From: an uncultured Oscillospiraceae bacterium
GTDB taxonomy: Bacteria; Bacillota; Clostridia; Oscillospirales; Oscillospiraceae
Direction of reading: 5' to 3'
DNA: 55,486 bases
Assembly (NCBI GenBank): GCA_964628315.1
Contig: CAZVMK010000001.1
Location: 1-55,486, forward strand
Below are positions 1 through 8,596 of the stretch, piece after piece. Within the stretch, counting starts at the first letter, position 1; every line of letters begins with the position of its first letter. A program made the translations under genes and the position numbers. The notes under the pieces were generated by a model. It did no database searches. It had not been told where the DNA came from and worked only from the letters and a program-made list of their open reading frames with translations.

Positions 1-41
1 TCCTTTGTAACAATTTATCCATTTTTATCCATAAAAAGCAC

Positions 42-72
42 AAAAACCGGAGTTTACATTCTCCGGTTTTTT
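42..72. terminator. Intrinsic terminator-like hairpin of an upstream gene
   Basis: AAAAACCGGAG-tttacatt-CTCCGGTTTTTT inverted repeat with A/T tails. Confidence 0.7.
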
Positions 73-86
73 CTAATTATTTCATA

Positions 87-132
87 TTGACAATCTCCGT
101 CCGCTGTGCCATAATATTAGGTAGCGTGCTAC
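87..132 (+). promoter_or_regulatory. Sigma-A promoter plus candidate MarR operator
   Basis: TTGACA(87-92)-17 bp-CATAAT(110-115) with extended -10 TG; palindrome GTAGC-gt-GCTAC at 121-132. Confidence 0.7.
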
Positions 133-156
133 ATTTTTGTAAAGGAGGTTTTCACA

Positions 157-612
157 TTGAAAGAGCACTTTGGCCCCCGTTTTCGCATTTTACATTGGTG
201 TACCGACCAAATCACCACCGATGCCCTGGCGCAAATGGATCTGACGTCCTCCCAAGGGCGGATCATGGGTTTCATCGCCCACGCAAAAACGCCCCCCTGT
301 GCACGGGATATCGAAGAATTTTTCGGCCTGAGCCATCCCAGTGTCTCCGGCACCCTGGCCAGACTGGAAAAGAAAGATTTCATCGAATTTCGTCCCGACC
401 GTGACGACCATCGCTGTAAGCGCATTTACATTCTGCCCAAAGGATCGGAATGCCACAGCAAAATGGTTCGTGCCATCGAGCACACGGAAAATCTCATCAC
501 CAAAGATTTCACACCGGAAGAACGGGCCCAGTTCTCAGCACTTTTAAATCGGGCCATCGATAACCTGGGTGGCGACCCGTGCCACCATTGCAAGGAGGAA
601 CCCCAAAAATGA
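157..612 (+). CDS. MarR-family transcriptional regulator
   Basis: wHTH pattern LSHPSVSGTLARLEKKDFI...DDHRCKRIYIL; TTG start after AGGAGG RBS; leads an ABC exporter pair. Confidence 0.9.
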   Translation: MKEHFGPRFRILHWCTDQITTDALAQMDLTSSQGRIMGFIAHAKTPPCARDIEEFFGLSHPSVSGTLARLEKKDFIEFRPDRDDHRCKRIYILPKGSECHSKMVRAIEHTENLITKDFTPEERAQFSALLNRAIDNLGGDPCHHCKEEPQK

Positions 613-2354
613 TAAAACGACTCATCCGATGCGTTCGGGAATACTGGTGGGCAGCTCTGCTCAGCCCACTGTGTATGGTTGGCGAAGTGGCCATGGAAGT
701 GACCATTCCCGAAGTAATGAGTGATCTGTACGACTATGGCGTTCAGATGCAAAACATGACCGTTGTGGTCAACAAATCCATCCAGCTGGTGATCTGTGCC
801 CTGCTGTCGCTGATGTTCGGCGTTGCTTCGGCCGTTTTCGCTTCCAAGGCCGCCACCGGATTTGCCAAGAACCTGCGCCACGACATGTACTACCGTGTTC
901 AGGATTTCAGCTTCCACAATATCGATAAATTTTCCAGCTCTTCGCTGGTCACCCGACTGACCTCCGACGTGGCACAGATCCAGATGGCTTTCCAGATGTG
1001 CATCCGTATGGCTATCCGTTGCCCCATGATGCTGATTTTGGCACTGGTCAAGGCACTGCGCCTGTCCACCCAGCTTTCCTCCATCTACCTGAAGGTCATG
1101 CCTCTGATGGTGGTCGCCCTGGTCTGCCTGATCCCTATGGTATTCAAAATTTTCGACCGCGGCTTCAAGCTCAACGATAAGCTCAATAACGTGGTGCAGG
1201 AAAATGTTCACGGCATCCGTGTGGTCAAATCCTTCGTCCGTCAGGATAAGGAGGAGGAAAAGTTCACCACCGTTTCTTCCGATTTGAATAAGACCTTCTC
1301 CAAAGCAGAAAAGATCTTGTCCCTGAACAGTCCCGTGATGATGTCCTGTGTATACATTTGTATCCTGTCCATTTCCTGGATCGGTGCAAAGCTGGTCGTT
1401 GCCTCCGGCAACAACCCCGATTTGGGCCTTACCACCGGCAACCTGAGCCAGATGTTCACCTATACCACCCAAATTCTTTCCGCTCTGATGATGCTGAGCA
1501 TGGTTTTCGTCATGCTTACCATGAGCCGCACTCCTTTGCGCCGCTGCTATGAGGTGCTGACGGAGCAGTCCGATCTTCGCTCTCCCGAAAACGCAGTCAA
1601 AGAAGTGGCCAACGGATCCATCGACTTTGAAAACGTCTCTTTCCGCTATTCTCAGGAAGCCAAGCACCGCTCTCTAAAAGAAGTGGATCTGCACATTCCC
1701 TCCGGCGCTACCGTAGGCATCATCGGCGGTACCGGCTCCAGCAAGTCCACCCTTGTCCAGCTCATTCCCCGTCTGTATGATACCACCGAGGGCACCGTCA
1801 AAGTAGGCGGTGTGGACGTTCGCGATTATGATTTGGAGGTCCTGCGCGATAACGTTGCCATGGTGCTCCAGAAAAACGTCCTCTTCTCCGGCACCATCAA
1901 GGAAAATCTCCGCTGGGGCAACCCCGATGCTACCGACGAGGAACTGATTCACGCCTGCCGACTGGCCTGTGCGGACGAATTCATTCAGGGCTTCCCCGAT
2001 GGTTACGACACCTATATCGAACAGGGCGGCACCAACGTCTCCGGCGGCCAGAAGCAGCGGCTGTGCATCGCCCGTGCGCTGCTTAAAAATCCCAAGATCC
2101 TGATTTTGGACGACTCTACCTCCGCCGTGGACACCAGAACCGATGCTTCCATCCGTAAGGCCTTTGCCGAGGAGATTCCAGGTACCACCAAGCTGATCAT
2201 TGCCCAGCGAATTGCCTCCGTGCAGGATAGTGACATGATCATCGTTCTGGATAACGGTCAGGTCGTTGCCGTGGGCAACCACGAGCAGCTGATGCAGACA
2301 TCCTCCATTTATCAGGAAGTATACTACTCTCAGCAGAAAGGGGGAATGGAATAA
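609..2354 (+). CDS. ABC exporter, fused permease/ATPase (heterodimer subunit with degenerate site)
   Basis: N-terminal TM domain; Walker A GGTGSSKST, signature VSGGQKQR, Walker B ILILDD (E->D), switch AQR; ATGA overlap with marR, RBS AAGGAGG. Confidence 0.92.
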   Translation: MIKRLIRCVREYWWAALLSPLCMVGEVAMEVTIPEVMSDLYDYGVQMQNMTVVVNKSIQLVICALLSLMFGVASAVFASKAATGFAKNLRHDMYYRVQDFSFHNIDKFSSSSLVTRLTSDVAQIQMAFQMCIRMAIRCPMMLILALVKALRLSTQLSSIYLKVMPLMVVALVCLIPMVFKIFDRGFKLNDKLNNVVQENVHGIRVVKSFVRQDKEEEKFTTVSSDLNKTFSKAEKILSLNSPVMMSCVYICILSISWIGAKLVVASGNNPDLGLTTGNLSQMFTYTTQILSALMMLSMVFVMLTMSRTPLRRCYEVLTEQSDLRSPENAVKEVANGSIDFENVSFRYSQEAKHRSLKEVDLHIPSGATVGIIGGTGSSKSTLVQLIPRLYDTTEGTVKVGGVDVRDYDLEVLRDNVAMVLQKNVLFSGTIKENLRWGNPDATDEELIHACRLACADEFIQGFPDGYDTYIEQGGTNVSGGQKQRLCIARALLKNPKILILDDSTSAVDTRTDASIRKAFAEEIPGTTKLIIAQRIASVQDSDMIIVLDNGQVVAVGNHEQLMQTSSIYQEVYYSQQKGGME

Positions 2355-4249
2355 TGCCTCCCGTAAGAATGCGCGGCGATGGCCGCAAAGCCAAAAATCC
2401 CATGCAGACCCTGTGGCGTTTGGTCGGGTATCTTAGAAAATATTCCGTGACTCTGATCATTGTGCTGCTGTGTATCATTGCAACAGCCATTGCCAGCGCC
2501 AAAAGCTCCACCGCTTTAGGCGATCTGGTGGATGATTTCATCGTCCCCATGGTGGAAAGCGGCTCTGCCGACTTTACCCCCGTCAAGAATTTCCTCATCA
2601 CCCTTGCCTGCTTCTTTGCCATCGGCATTCTGGGCAGTTTCCTGCAAAGCTACCTGATGGTGGGTGTCACCCAGGGTATTCAGAAAACCATTCGTGACGA
2701 GATGTTCCACAAGATGCAGAAATTGCCCATCCGCTATTTCGACAGCAATACCGCCGGTAACATCATGTCCCGTTATACCAGCGATATCGACACCCTGCGT
2801 CAGATGATCTCCCAGTCCATCCCCCAGGCCGTTTCCTCTGCCATCACCCTGATCGTGGTGCTGATCTTCATGCTGATCAAATCCTGGATTTTGACTCTGG
2901 TCACCCTTGTGACCGTGCTGGGCGTGGTGTTCATCACCAAATTCCTGGCCGGAAAATCCGCCCGATACTTCATCGGTCAGCAACGTTCTCTGGGCAAAGT
3001 CAACGGTTATATCGAAGAAATGATCTCCGGCCAGAAAGTGGTCAAGGTTTTCAATCACGAGCAGGCCTGTAAGGAAGATTTCGATAAACTCAACGAAGAG
3101 TTGTGTCACAACGCCAACTCTGCCGGCAAATTCTCCAACATGATGGGCCCCATCAACAACAACCTGGGCTATATCCAGTACGCCATTCTGGCCATCGTAG
3201 GCGGTACCATTGTGGTCACTTCCTCCGGCGATCTGTTGACACTGGGCGCACTGATGGCCTTTATGACCCTGTCCCGCAGCTTCAACCAGCCCATCAACCA
3301 GATCTCCCAGCAGATGAACTCCATCATCATGGCTCTGGCCGGTGCGGAACGCATCTTTGAGTTGATGGATGAGCAGCCGGAAGAAGACCATGGCTATGTC
3401 ACGCTTGTCAATGCCCATGTCGCCGAAGACGGCACTATCACCGAATGTGCCGAGCATACCGGTCACTGGGCATGGCGGCACCCCCACGGGGACGGCACCC
3501 TGACCTACACGGAGCTGAAAGGCGACATCACCATGCACGATGTTGACTTCGGCTATGTCCCCGAAAAGACGGTGCTCCATGATATCAGCCTCTATGCTAC
3601 CCCTGGCCAAAAAATCGCCTTTGTCGGTGCCACCGGCGCAGGTAAGACCACCATCACCAACCTCATCAACCGTTTTTATGATATTGCCGACGGCAAGATC
3701 CGCTATGACGGCATCAATATCAATAAAATCAAAAAAGAGGATCTGCGCCGTTCTCTGGGCGTGGTTCTCCAGGACACCAACCTCTTTACCGGCACGGTCA
3801 TGGATAACATCCGCTATGGTAATCTGGATGCCACCGACGAGCAGTGCATTGAGGCGGCAAAGCTGGCCAATGCCCACGACTTTATCACCAGACTGCCCAA
3901 CGGTTACGATACGGAGCTGACCGGCAACGGTGCCAACCTCTCTCAGGGTCAGCGCCAGCTGATCGCCATTGCACGAGCCGCTGTCGCCGATCCTCCCGTG
4001 ATGATTTTGGACGAGGCCACCTCTTCCATCGACACCCGCACGGAAAGACTGGTCCAGGACGGCATGGATGCACTGATGAAGGGCAGGACCGTATTTGTCA
4101 TCGCCCACCGTCTGTCCACCATTATGAATTCCGATTGTATCATGGTTCTTGACCACGGCCACATCATCGAGCGTGGTACTCACGATGACCTGATTGCCCA
4201 AAAGGGCACCTATTATCAGCTGTATACCGGCGCATTCGAGCTGGAATAA
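2354..4249 (+). CDS. ABC exporter, fused permease/ATPase (consensus-site subunit)
   Basis: GATGAGKTT, LSQGQRQ, ILDEATS, AHRL; TAATG coupling to previous gene. Confidence 0.92.
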   Translation: MPPVRMRGDGRKAKNPMQTLWRLVGYLRKYSVTLIIVLLCIIATAIASAKSSTALGDLVDDFIVPMVESGSADFTPVKNFLITLACFFAIGILGSFLQSYLMVGVTQGIQKTIRDEMFHKMQKLPIRYFDSNTAGNIMSRYTSDIDTLRQMISQSIPQAVSSAITLIVVLIFMLIKSWILTLVTLVTVLGVVFITKFLAGKSARYFIGQQRSLGKVNGYIEEMISGQKVVKVFNHEQACKEDFDKLNEELCHNANSAGKFSNMMGPINNNLGYIQYAILAIVGGTIVVTSSGDLLTLGALMAFMTLSRSFNQPINQISQQMNSIIMALAGAERIFELMDEQPEEDHGYVTLVNAHVAEDGTITECAEHTGHWAWRHPHGDGTLTYTELKGDITMHDVDFGYVPEKTVLHDISLYATPGQKIAFVGATGAGKTTITNLINRFYDIADGKIRYDGININKIKKEDLRRSLGVVLQDTNLFTGTVMDNIRYGNLDATDEQCIEAAKLANAHDFITRLPNGYDTELTGNGANLSQGQRQLIAIARAAVADPPVMILDEATSSIDTRTERLVQDGMDALMKGRTVFVIAHRLSTIMNSDCIMVLDHGHIIERGTHDDLIAQKGTYYQLYTGAFELE

Positions 4250-4270
4250 GCTTAATCTTTTCACATCCTC

Positions 4271-4303
4271 AAGGCGTGTCGCGCAAGCGGCACGCCCTTT
4301 TTT
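4271..4303 (+). terminator. Intrinsic terminator
   Basis: GGCGTGTCGC-GCAA-GCGGCACGCC stem followed by T-run. Confidence 0.8.
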
Positions 4304-4304
4304 A

Positions 4305-4333
4305 TTGACAAACCAAAACAGGCTATGTATAAT
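4305..4333 (+). promoter_or_regulatory. Consensus sigma-A promoter
   Basis: Exact TTGACA-17 bp-TATAAT. Confidence 0.85.
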
Positions 4334-4393
4334 AAAATCCGTTATTGTGCAACGCACGTTTTAAATCCTTTTCCTTTTTCGGAGGAGTTTTTT

Positions 4394-5380
4394 ATGATAC
4401 ATATCGATCACGTCACCAAGGAATTCAAAAAGGTCATCAAAAAGTCCGGTCTTTCCGGTTCCGTCCGCTCCCTGTTCCATCGGGAATACGAAATCATCAA
4501 GGCTGTGGATGACATTTCTTTTGACGTTGGCAAGGGGGAAATTCTCGGTTTTATCGGAGCCAACGGCGCCGGCAAATCCACCACCATTAAAATGCTCACC
4601 GGCATTCTCACCCCCACCTGCGGCACCATTGAGATCAACGGTCAAAGTCCTTTTCAAAATCGCACCAAATATGTGAAAGAGATCGGTGTCGTCTTCGGCC
4701 AGCGGACACAACTCTGGTGGGATCTGCCTCTGACGGAAACCTTTTCCGTTCTGAAAGAGATCTATCAGGTGGACGATGCCGATTTTCAGTCCCGACTCGG
4801 CTTTTTGAACGAAGTTCTGGAGCTGGATGACTTTATCAAAAGTCCCGTGCGCACCCTGTCTTTGGGCCAGCGGATGCGTGCCGACCTTGCCGCCAGCATG
4901 ATCCACAATCCCAAGGTTCTGTTTTTGGATGAGCCTACCATCGGCCTGGATGTAGCCGTAAAAAACAGCATCCGTCAGGCCATCACCCACATCAACGAGC
5001 AAGAGCACACCACCATCATCCTAACCACCCACGACCTGAGCGACATTGAGTCTCTGTGTCAACGCATCGTAATGATCGACAAAGGCCGTATCATGTACGA
5101 TGGTGACTTGTCCGAAATGAAGCATCGCTACGGTCGTTTCCGTCAGATCAACCTGTCACTGCACTCCGGCGAAGATTTCGACAAGCTTCTTCTGCCTCCC
5201 GATACCCGTGTGGAGCGTAGTAAGGAGCGGATCACTCTGACCTTCGACTCCGATATCACCCCTGTGGATAAAATGCTCAGCCAGGTTCTCTCCGGTGCTT
5301 CGGTCAAAGATATCTCCGTAGGCGATGTGAACATTGAAGAGATCGTCCGCCGGATGTACGCCAAGGAGGGGTCTTTGTGA
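4394..5380 (+). CDS. ABC-2 type exporter ATP-binding protein
   Basis: GANGAGKST, LSLGQRMR, LFLDEPTIGLD; GGAGG RBS before ATG 4394. Confidence 0.9.
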   Translation: MIHIDHVTKEFKKVIKKSGLSGSVRSLFHREYEIIKAVDDISFDVGKGEILGFIGANGAGKSTTIKMLTGILTPTCGTIEINGQSPFQNRTKYVKEIGVVFGQRTQLWWDLPLTETFSVLKEIYQVDDADFQSRLGFLNEVLELDDFIKSPVRTLSLGQRMRADLAASMIHNPKVLFLDEPTIGLDVAVKNSIRQAITHINEQEHTTIILTTHDLSDIESLCQRIVMIDKGRIMYDGDLSEMKHRYGRFRQINLSLHSGEDFDKLLLPPDTRVERSKERITLTFDSDITPVDKMLSQVLSGASVKDISVGDVNIEEIVRRMYAKEGSL

Positions 5381-6207
5381 TCACCGGATGCAAACGTTTT
5401 TTCAACACCTATAAAGGTTTCACACGTGCCGGTATTCAAAGCGCCATGGCCTACCGCAGCAGTTTCATCTGCTACATGGCCGGAGAAAGCCTGTACTGCT
5501 TCGTGATGTTCTTTATCTGGAAAGCTGTTTTTTCCGCCTCCGGCGAGGGGCAGTTCATGGGCTTTTCCATGACCGATATGACCGTCTACGTCTTTCTTTC
5601 CAATATGGTGCGTTTTCTTTCCAGCTCTGATTCCACCCAAAATCTGGCCGAAGAAATTCGGGACGGCAGCATCATCATGCGCCTGATCAAACCCGTCAAT
5701 CCGGATCTCAGCCTTCTGGCTTCGGAATTGGGCAACACCGTAGTGATCGGCGCCTTTGTCTTCCTGCCCGTCATGTTCGGCGTGGAAGTCTATCGCTACT
5801 GCGCTCTGGGCTATGTGGCTTTTCGGTTGAGTAATTTTCTGTTCTTCCTGTTAAGTTGCCTGCTCAGCTACCTGCTTTCGTTCTATATCAATCTGATTTT
5901 CGGCTATCTGGCCTTTTTCCTGATGAATATCTGGGGCTTCTCCATTTTAAAATCTTCCATCATCAGCTTTTTCTCCGGTTCGCTGATCCCTCTGTCCTTT
6001 TTCCCCGATGCGTTTCGCCGTGTGATGGAGGAACTGCCTTTCGCCTCGCTGATCTATGTTCCCACCATGGTCTACATGGGCAAATATGAGGGTAGCGCAC
6101 TGGCAACGGTGCTGGTCAAGCAAATTTTCTGGATCGCCGTTTTCGTGGCCATCAGCAAACTTCTCTGGCAGTGGGCGAAAAAGCGGCTGGCCGTCCAAGG
6201 AGGTTGA
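5377..6207 (+). CDS. ABC-2 family transporter permease
   Basis: Hydrophobic ~6-TM protein with IRDGSIIMRLIKP and SGSLIPLSFFP; GTGA overlap with ATPase. Confidence 0.85.
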   Translation: MITGCKRFFNTYKGFTRAGIQSAMAYRSSFICYMAGESLYCFVMFFIWKAVFSASGEGQFMGFSMTDMTVYVFLSNMVRFLSSSDSTQNLAEEIRDGSIIMRLIKPVNPDLSLLASELGNTVVIGAFVFLPVMFGVEVYRYCALGYVAFRLSNFLFFLLSCLLSYLLSFYINLIFGYLAFFLMNIWGFSILKSSIISFFSGSLIPLSFFPDAFRRVMEELPFASLIYVPTMVYMGKYEGSALATVLVKQIFWIAVFVAISKLLWQWAKKRLAVQGG

Positions 6208-6210
6208 ACC

Positions 6211-6999
6211 ATGCGATTTTTAAGACTTTACCGCACCTTTTTGAGCCAGCGGTTAAAAACCATGATGGAATATCGGGTGGATTTTCTCACAGGCGCAGCC
6301 AGTTTTCTGGTCAATCAGCTGACGAATATCATCTTCATCCGCATTCTTTTCGGCCAAATTCCGGCGCTGGACGGTTTCTTGTACCACGAGATACTCTTTA
6401 TCTACGGTTTTTCTCTGGTCCCGAAAGGACTGGATCACCTGTTTACCGACAATCTGTGGAAGGTCGCCTGGTTCATCGTCCGCAAAGGCGATTTTGACAA
6501 GTACCTGACCCGTCCGATCAATCCTCTGCTCCATGTCATCATTGAGGACTTCCAGCCCGATGCGCTGGGCGAACTGCTGGTCGGCATCGTGCTGATGGTC
6601 ATTGCCGGAAATGCGCTTTCTCTCCACCTGGGCCCTGTTCACATTCTGCTGATGTTGGTGGCCATTTTCTTCGGAACGCTGATTTTCACGGGCATAAAGA
6701 TTGCCGGTGCCTCTCTGGCCTTTAAAATCAAGCAAAGCGGCAGTATCCTGCAAATATTTTACATGACCAGCGATTTTGCAAAATATCCCGTCACCATTTA
6801 CAGCAGTGCCATTCGTAACATCGTCACTTATGCCATTCCCTTTGCATTTACCGCCTATTACCCCGCCTCTTATCTGTTGCGCGGCGGTGATCCGCTGTTC
6901 TGCATCGGCGGCGTGGTGGTGGCCGGCTGTGCCGTCATGGCCATTGGCATATTCCTGTGGAACCATTTTCTTTCCACCTACGAAAGCGCCGGTAGCTAA
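6211..6999 (+). CDS. ABC-2 family transporter permease
   Basis: VRKGDFDKYLTRP, FAKYPVTIY, IPFAFTAYYPA motifs; AGGAGG RBS. Confidence 0.85.
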   Translation: MRFLRLYRTFLSQRLKTMMEYRVDFLTGAASFLVNQLTNIIFIRILFGQIPALDGFLYHEILFIYGFSLVPKGLDHLFTDNLWKVAWFIVRKGDFDKYLTRPINPLLHVIIEDFQPDALGELLVGIVLMVIAGNALSLHLGPVHILLMLVAIFFGTLIFTGIKIAGASLAFKIKQSGSILQIFYMTSDFAKYPVTIYSSAIRNIVTYAIPFAFTAYYPASYLLRGGDPLFCIGGVVVAGCAVMAIGIFLWNHFLSTYESAGS

Positions 7000-7024
7000 C
7001 CCCCTTTTTCTTCCCCAATTCCGC

Positions 7025-7060
7025 AAAAAAGCTGTTGCAGAAAGACCTGCAACAGCTTTT
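7025..7060. terminator. Bidirectional terminator
   Basis: AAAAAAGCTGTTGCAG-aaagac-CTGCAACAGCTTTT between convergent genes. Confidence 0.8.
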
Positions 7061-7062
7061 CT

Positions 7063-7281
7063 TTATTTTTTCCCATCCTTGCAACTCATCACCGCGCTGA
7101 CGATTGCTACCGCTACCGCCGCCATGCCGATGTATGTCCAGGGGTCGCTCCACACGATTTCCATCCCGTTGGTGCCTCCGTAATATTCGGTCATGCACAC
7201 AGTCGCAATACACCGTGCAATCACCAATACTACCAACACCACTGCGCCGATGAAAATGCTTTTCCACGGAATTTTTTTCAT
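7063..7281 (-). CDS. Small two-TM hypothetical membrane protein
   Basis: 72 aa, two hydrophobic segments, AAGGAGG RBS, directly downstream of the transporter. Confidence 0.7.
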   Translation of the reverse strand: MKKIPWKSIFIGAVVLVVLVIARCIATVCMTEYYGGTNGMEIVWSDPWTYIGMAAVAVAIVSAVMSCKDGKK

Positions 7282-7290
7282 AGATCCTCC

Positions 7291-8409
7291 TTACAGTAAA
7301 ACAAACAGAACCAGAATGATCAAAAAGCCGAAATTAAACAGGCTGAAATATCTCAAATAATACCCTGTTTTTCCAGGATTGTGGCTGGTATATTCACGGA
7401 ACGTGATCAGGCTGGCCAACGAAGAGATCAACGTTCCCACGCCGCCGATATTCACGCCCAACAGCAATTCCCGATAATTTTCGGTGAACTGGGACAGCAA
7501 GATCGCCGTAGGCACATTGCTGATGACTTGGCACGACAGCACGCTCATCAGCAGGGTGCTCTTTTCCAGCAAGTAGGAAAACAGCTGCCGTACCGCCGGA
7601 ACCCGTGCCATATTCCCCGAGAAAATGAAAAAGAACGTAAATGTCAAAAGCAGGGGATAATCCACCATTTTTAATGCTTTCCTGTCTGCAAACAGCAGCA
7701 CCGCCGGAATGATCACCAGCCCGACCCAATAGGGAATACCGCGAAATACGATGGCGATGGACAGCGCAAACAGCAGCAGATACAGTACCGTCCTGCCCAG
7801 GGGCAGTTTCGGCTTTTCCGCTTCCACCTGAAGCGGCTCCCTCTTGACAAAAACCATGCAGCAGATGGTTATCAGCACCACCGACACCGCAAAGGGCAAC
7901 AGCATGATCTGCATGAATTCCATGGTCGGGATCCCGAACTTGGTATACAGATACAAATTCTGAGGATTTCCGAAAGGGGTCAGCATACCGCCCAGATTGG
8001 CCGCAATATTTTGCATGATAAAGGTAAAGGCCATGTACTTCTGCTTTCCCGTGGATGTCAGCACCAGATAGCCCAGTGGCAAAAAGGTCAGCAGTGCCAT
8101 GTCGTTGGCAATGAGCATGGAACCGATAAACGTAATATATACCAGCGCCAGAATGGCCATACGGGCGTTGCGGAACAATCGCACGATCTGTTGGGCTAAA
8201 ATATAGAAAAATCGGATATTTTTCAGAGCACAGACCACCGCCAGCACACAGAACAGGCAGGTCAATGTTTTGATGTCGAAATATCCCAGATATTCCCGAT
8301 CCGGCGGCACCAGGAACATGGTGATCAACGCCGCCGTCAGTGCCACCACCATCACCACATTTTTCCGCAAAAAAGAGGTGGTGTTGCGTATCACAAATTC
8401 TCTTGTCAT
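7291..8409 (-). CDS. IT-superfamily anion permease (CitMHS/SLC13/ArsB-NhaD-like)
   Basis: SMLIANDMALL, AANLGGMLTPFGNPQNLYLY, SNVPTAILL, GTLISSLASLI motifs; start chosen at MTREF. Confidence 0.8.
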   Translation of the reverse strand: MTREFVIRNTTSFLRKNVVMVVALTAALITMFLVPPDREYLGYFDIKTLTCLFCVLAVVCALKNIRFFYILAQQIVRLFRNARMAILALVYITFIGSMLIANDMALLTFLPLGYLVLTSTGKQKYMAFTFIMQNIAANLGGMLTPFGNPQNLYLYTKFGIPTMEFMQIMLLPFAVSVVLITICCMVFVKREPLQVEAEKPKLPLGRTVLYLLLFALSIAIVFRGIPYWVGLVIIPAVLLFADRKALKMVDYPLLLTFTFFFIFSGNMARVPAVRQLFSYLLEKSTLLMSVLSCQVISNVPTAILLSQFTENYRELLLGVNIGGVGTLISSLASLITFREYTSHNPGKTGYYLRYFSLFNFGFLIILVLFVLL

Positions 8410-8596
8410 TTTTTTACATCTCTTATTCTTCGTTGGTCGGCTTTGTGCCGCTCCGGCTGTTATGATATCACACCGCCGTTCTCTTTTCAATCGCTTCTTG
8501 TTTCTTTTGTGAAATCACCTGCCAATATTTTTCTTTACTGGCTGCTGAAATTGTGATATACTGTCCATACTATCGTGTATTTCCGGAGGGATATCC

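Noticed and set aside
426-4357. Long minus-strand ORFs (413, 202 and 613 aa)
   Set aside because: Antisense shadows of the ABC exporter genes.
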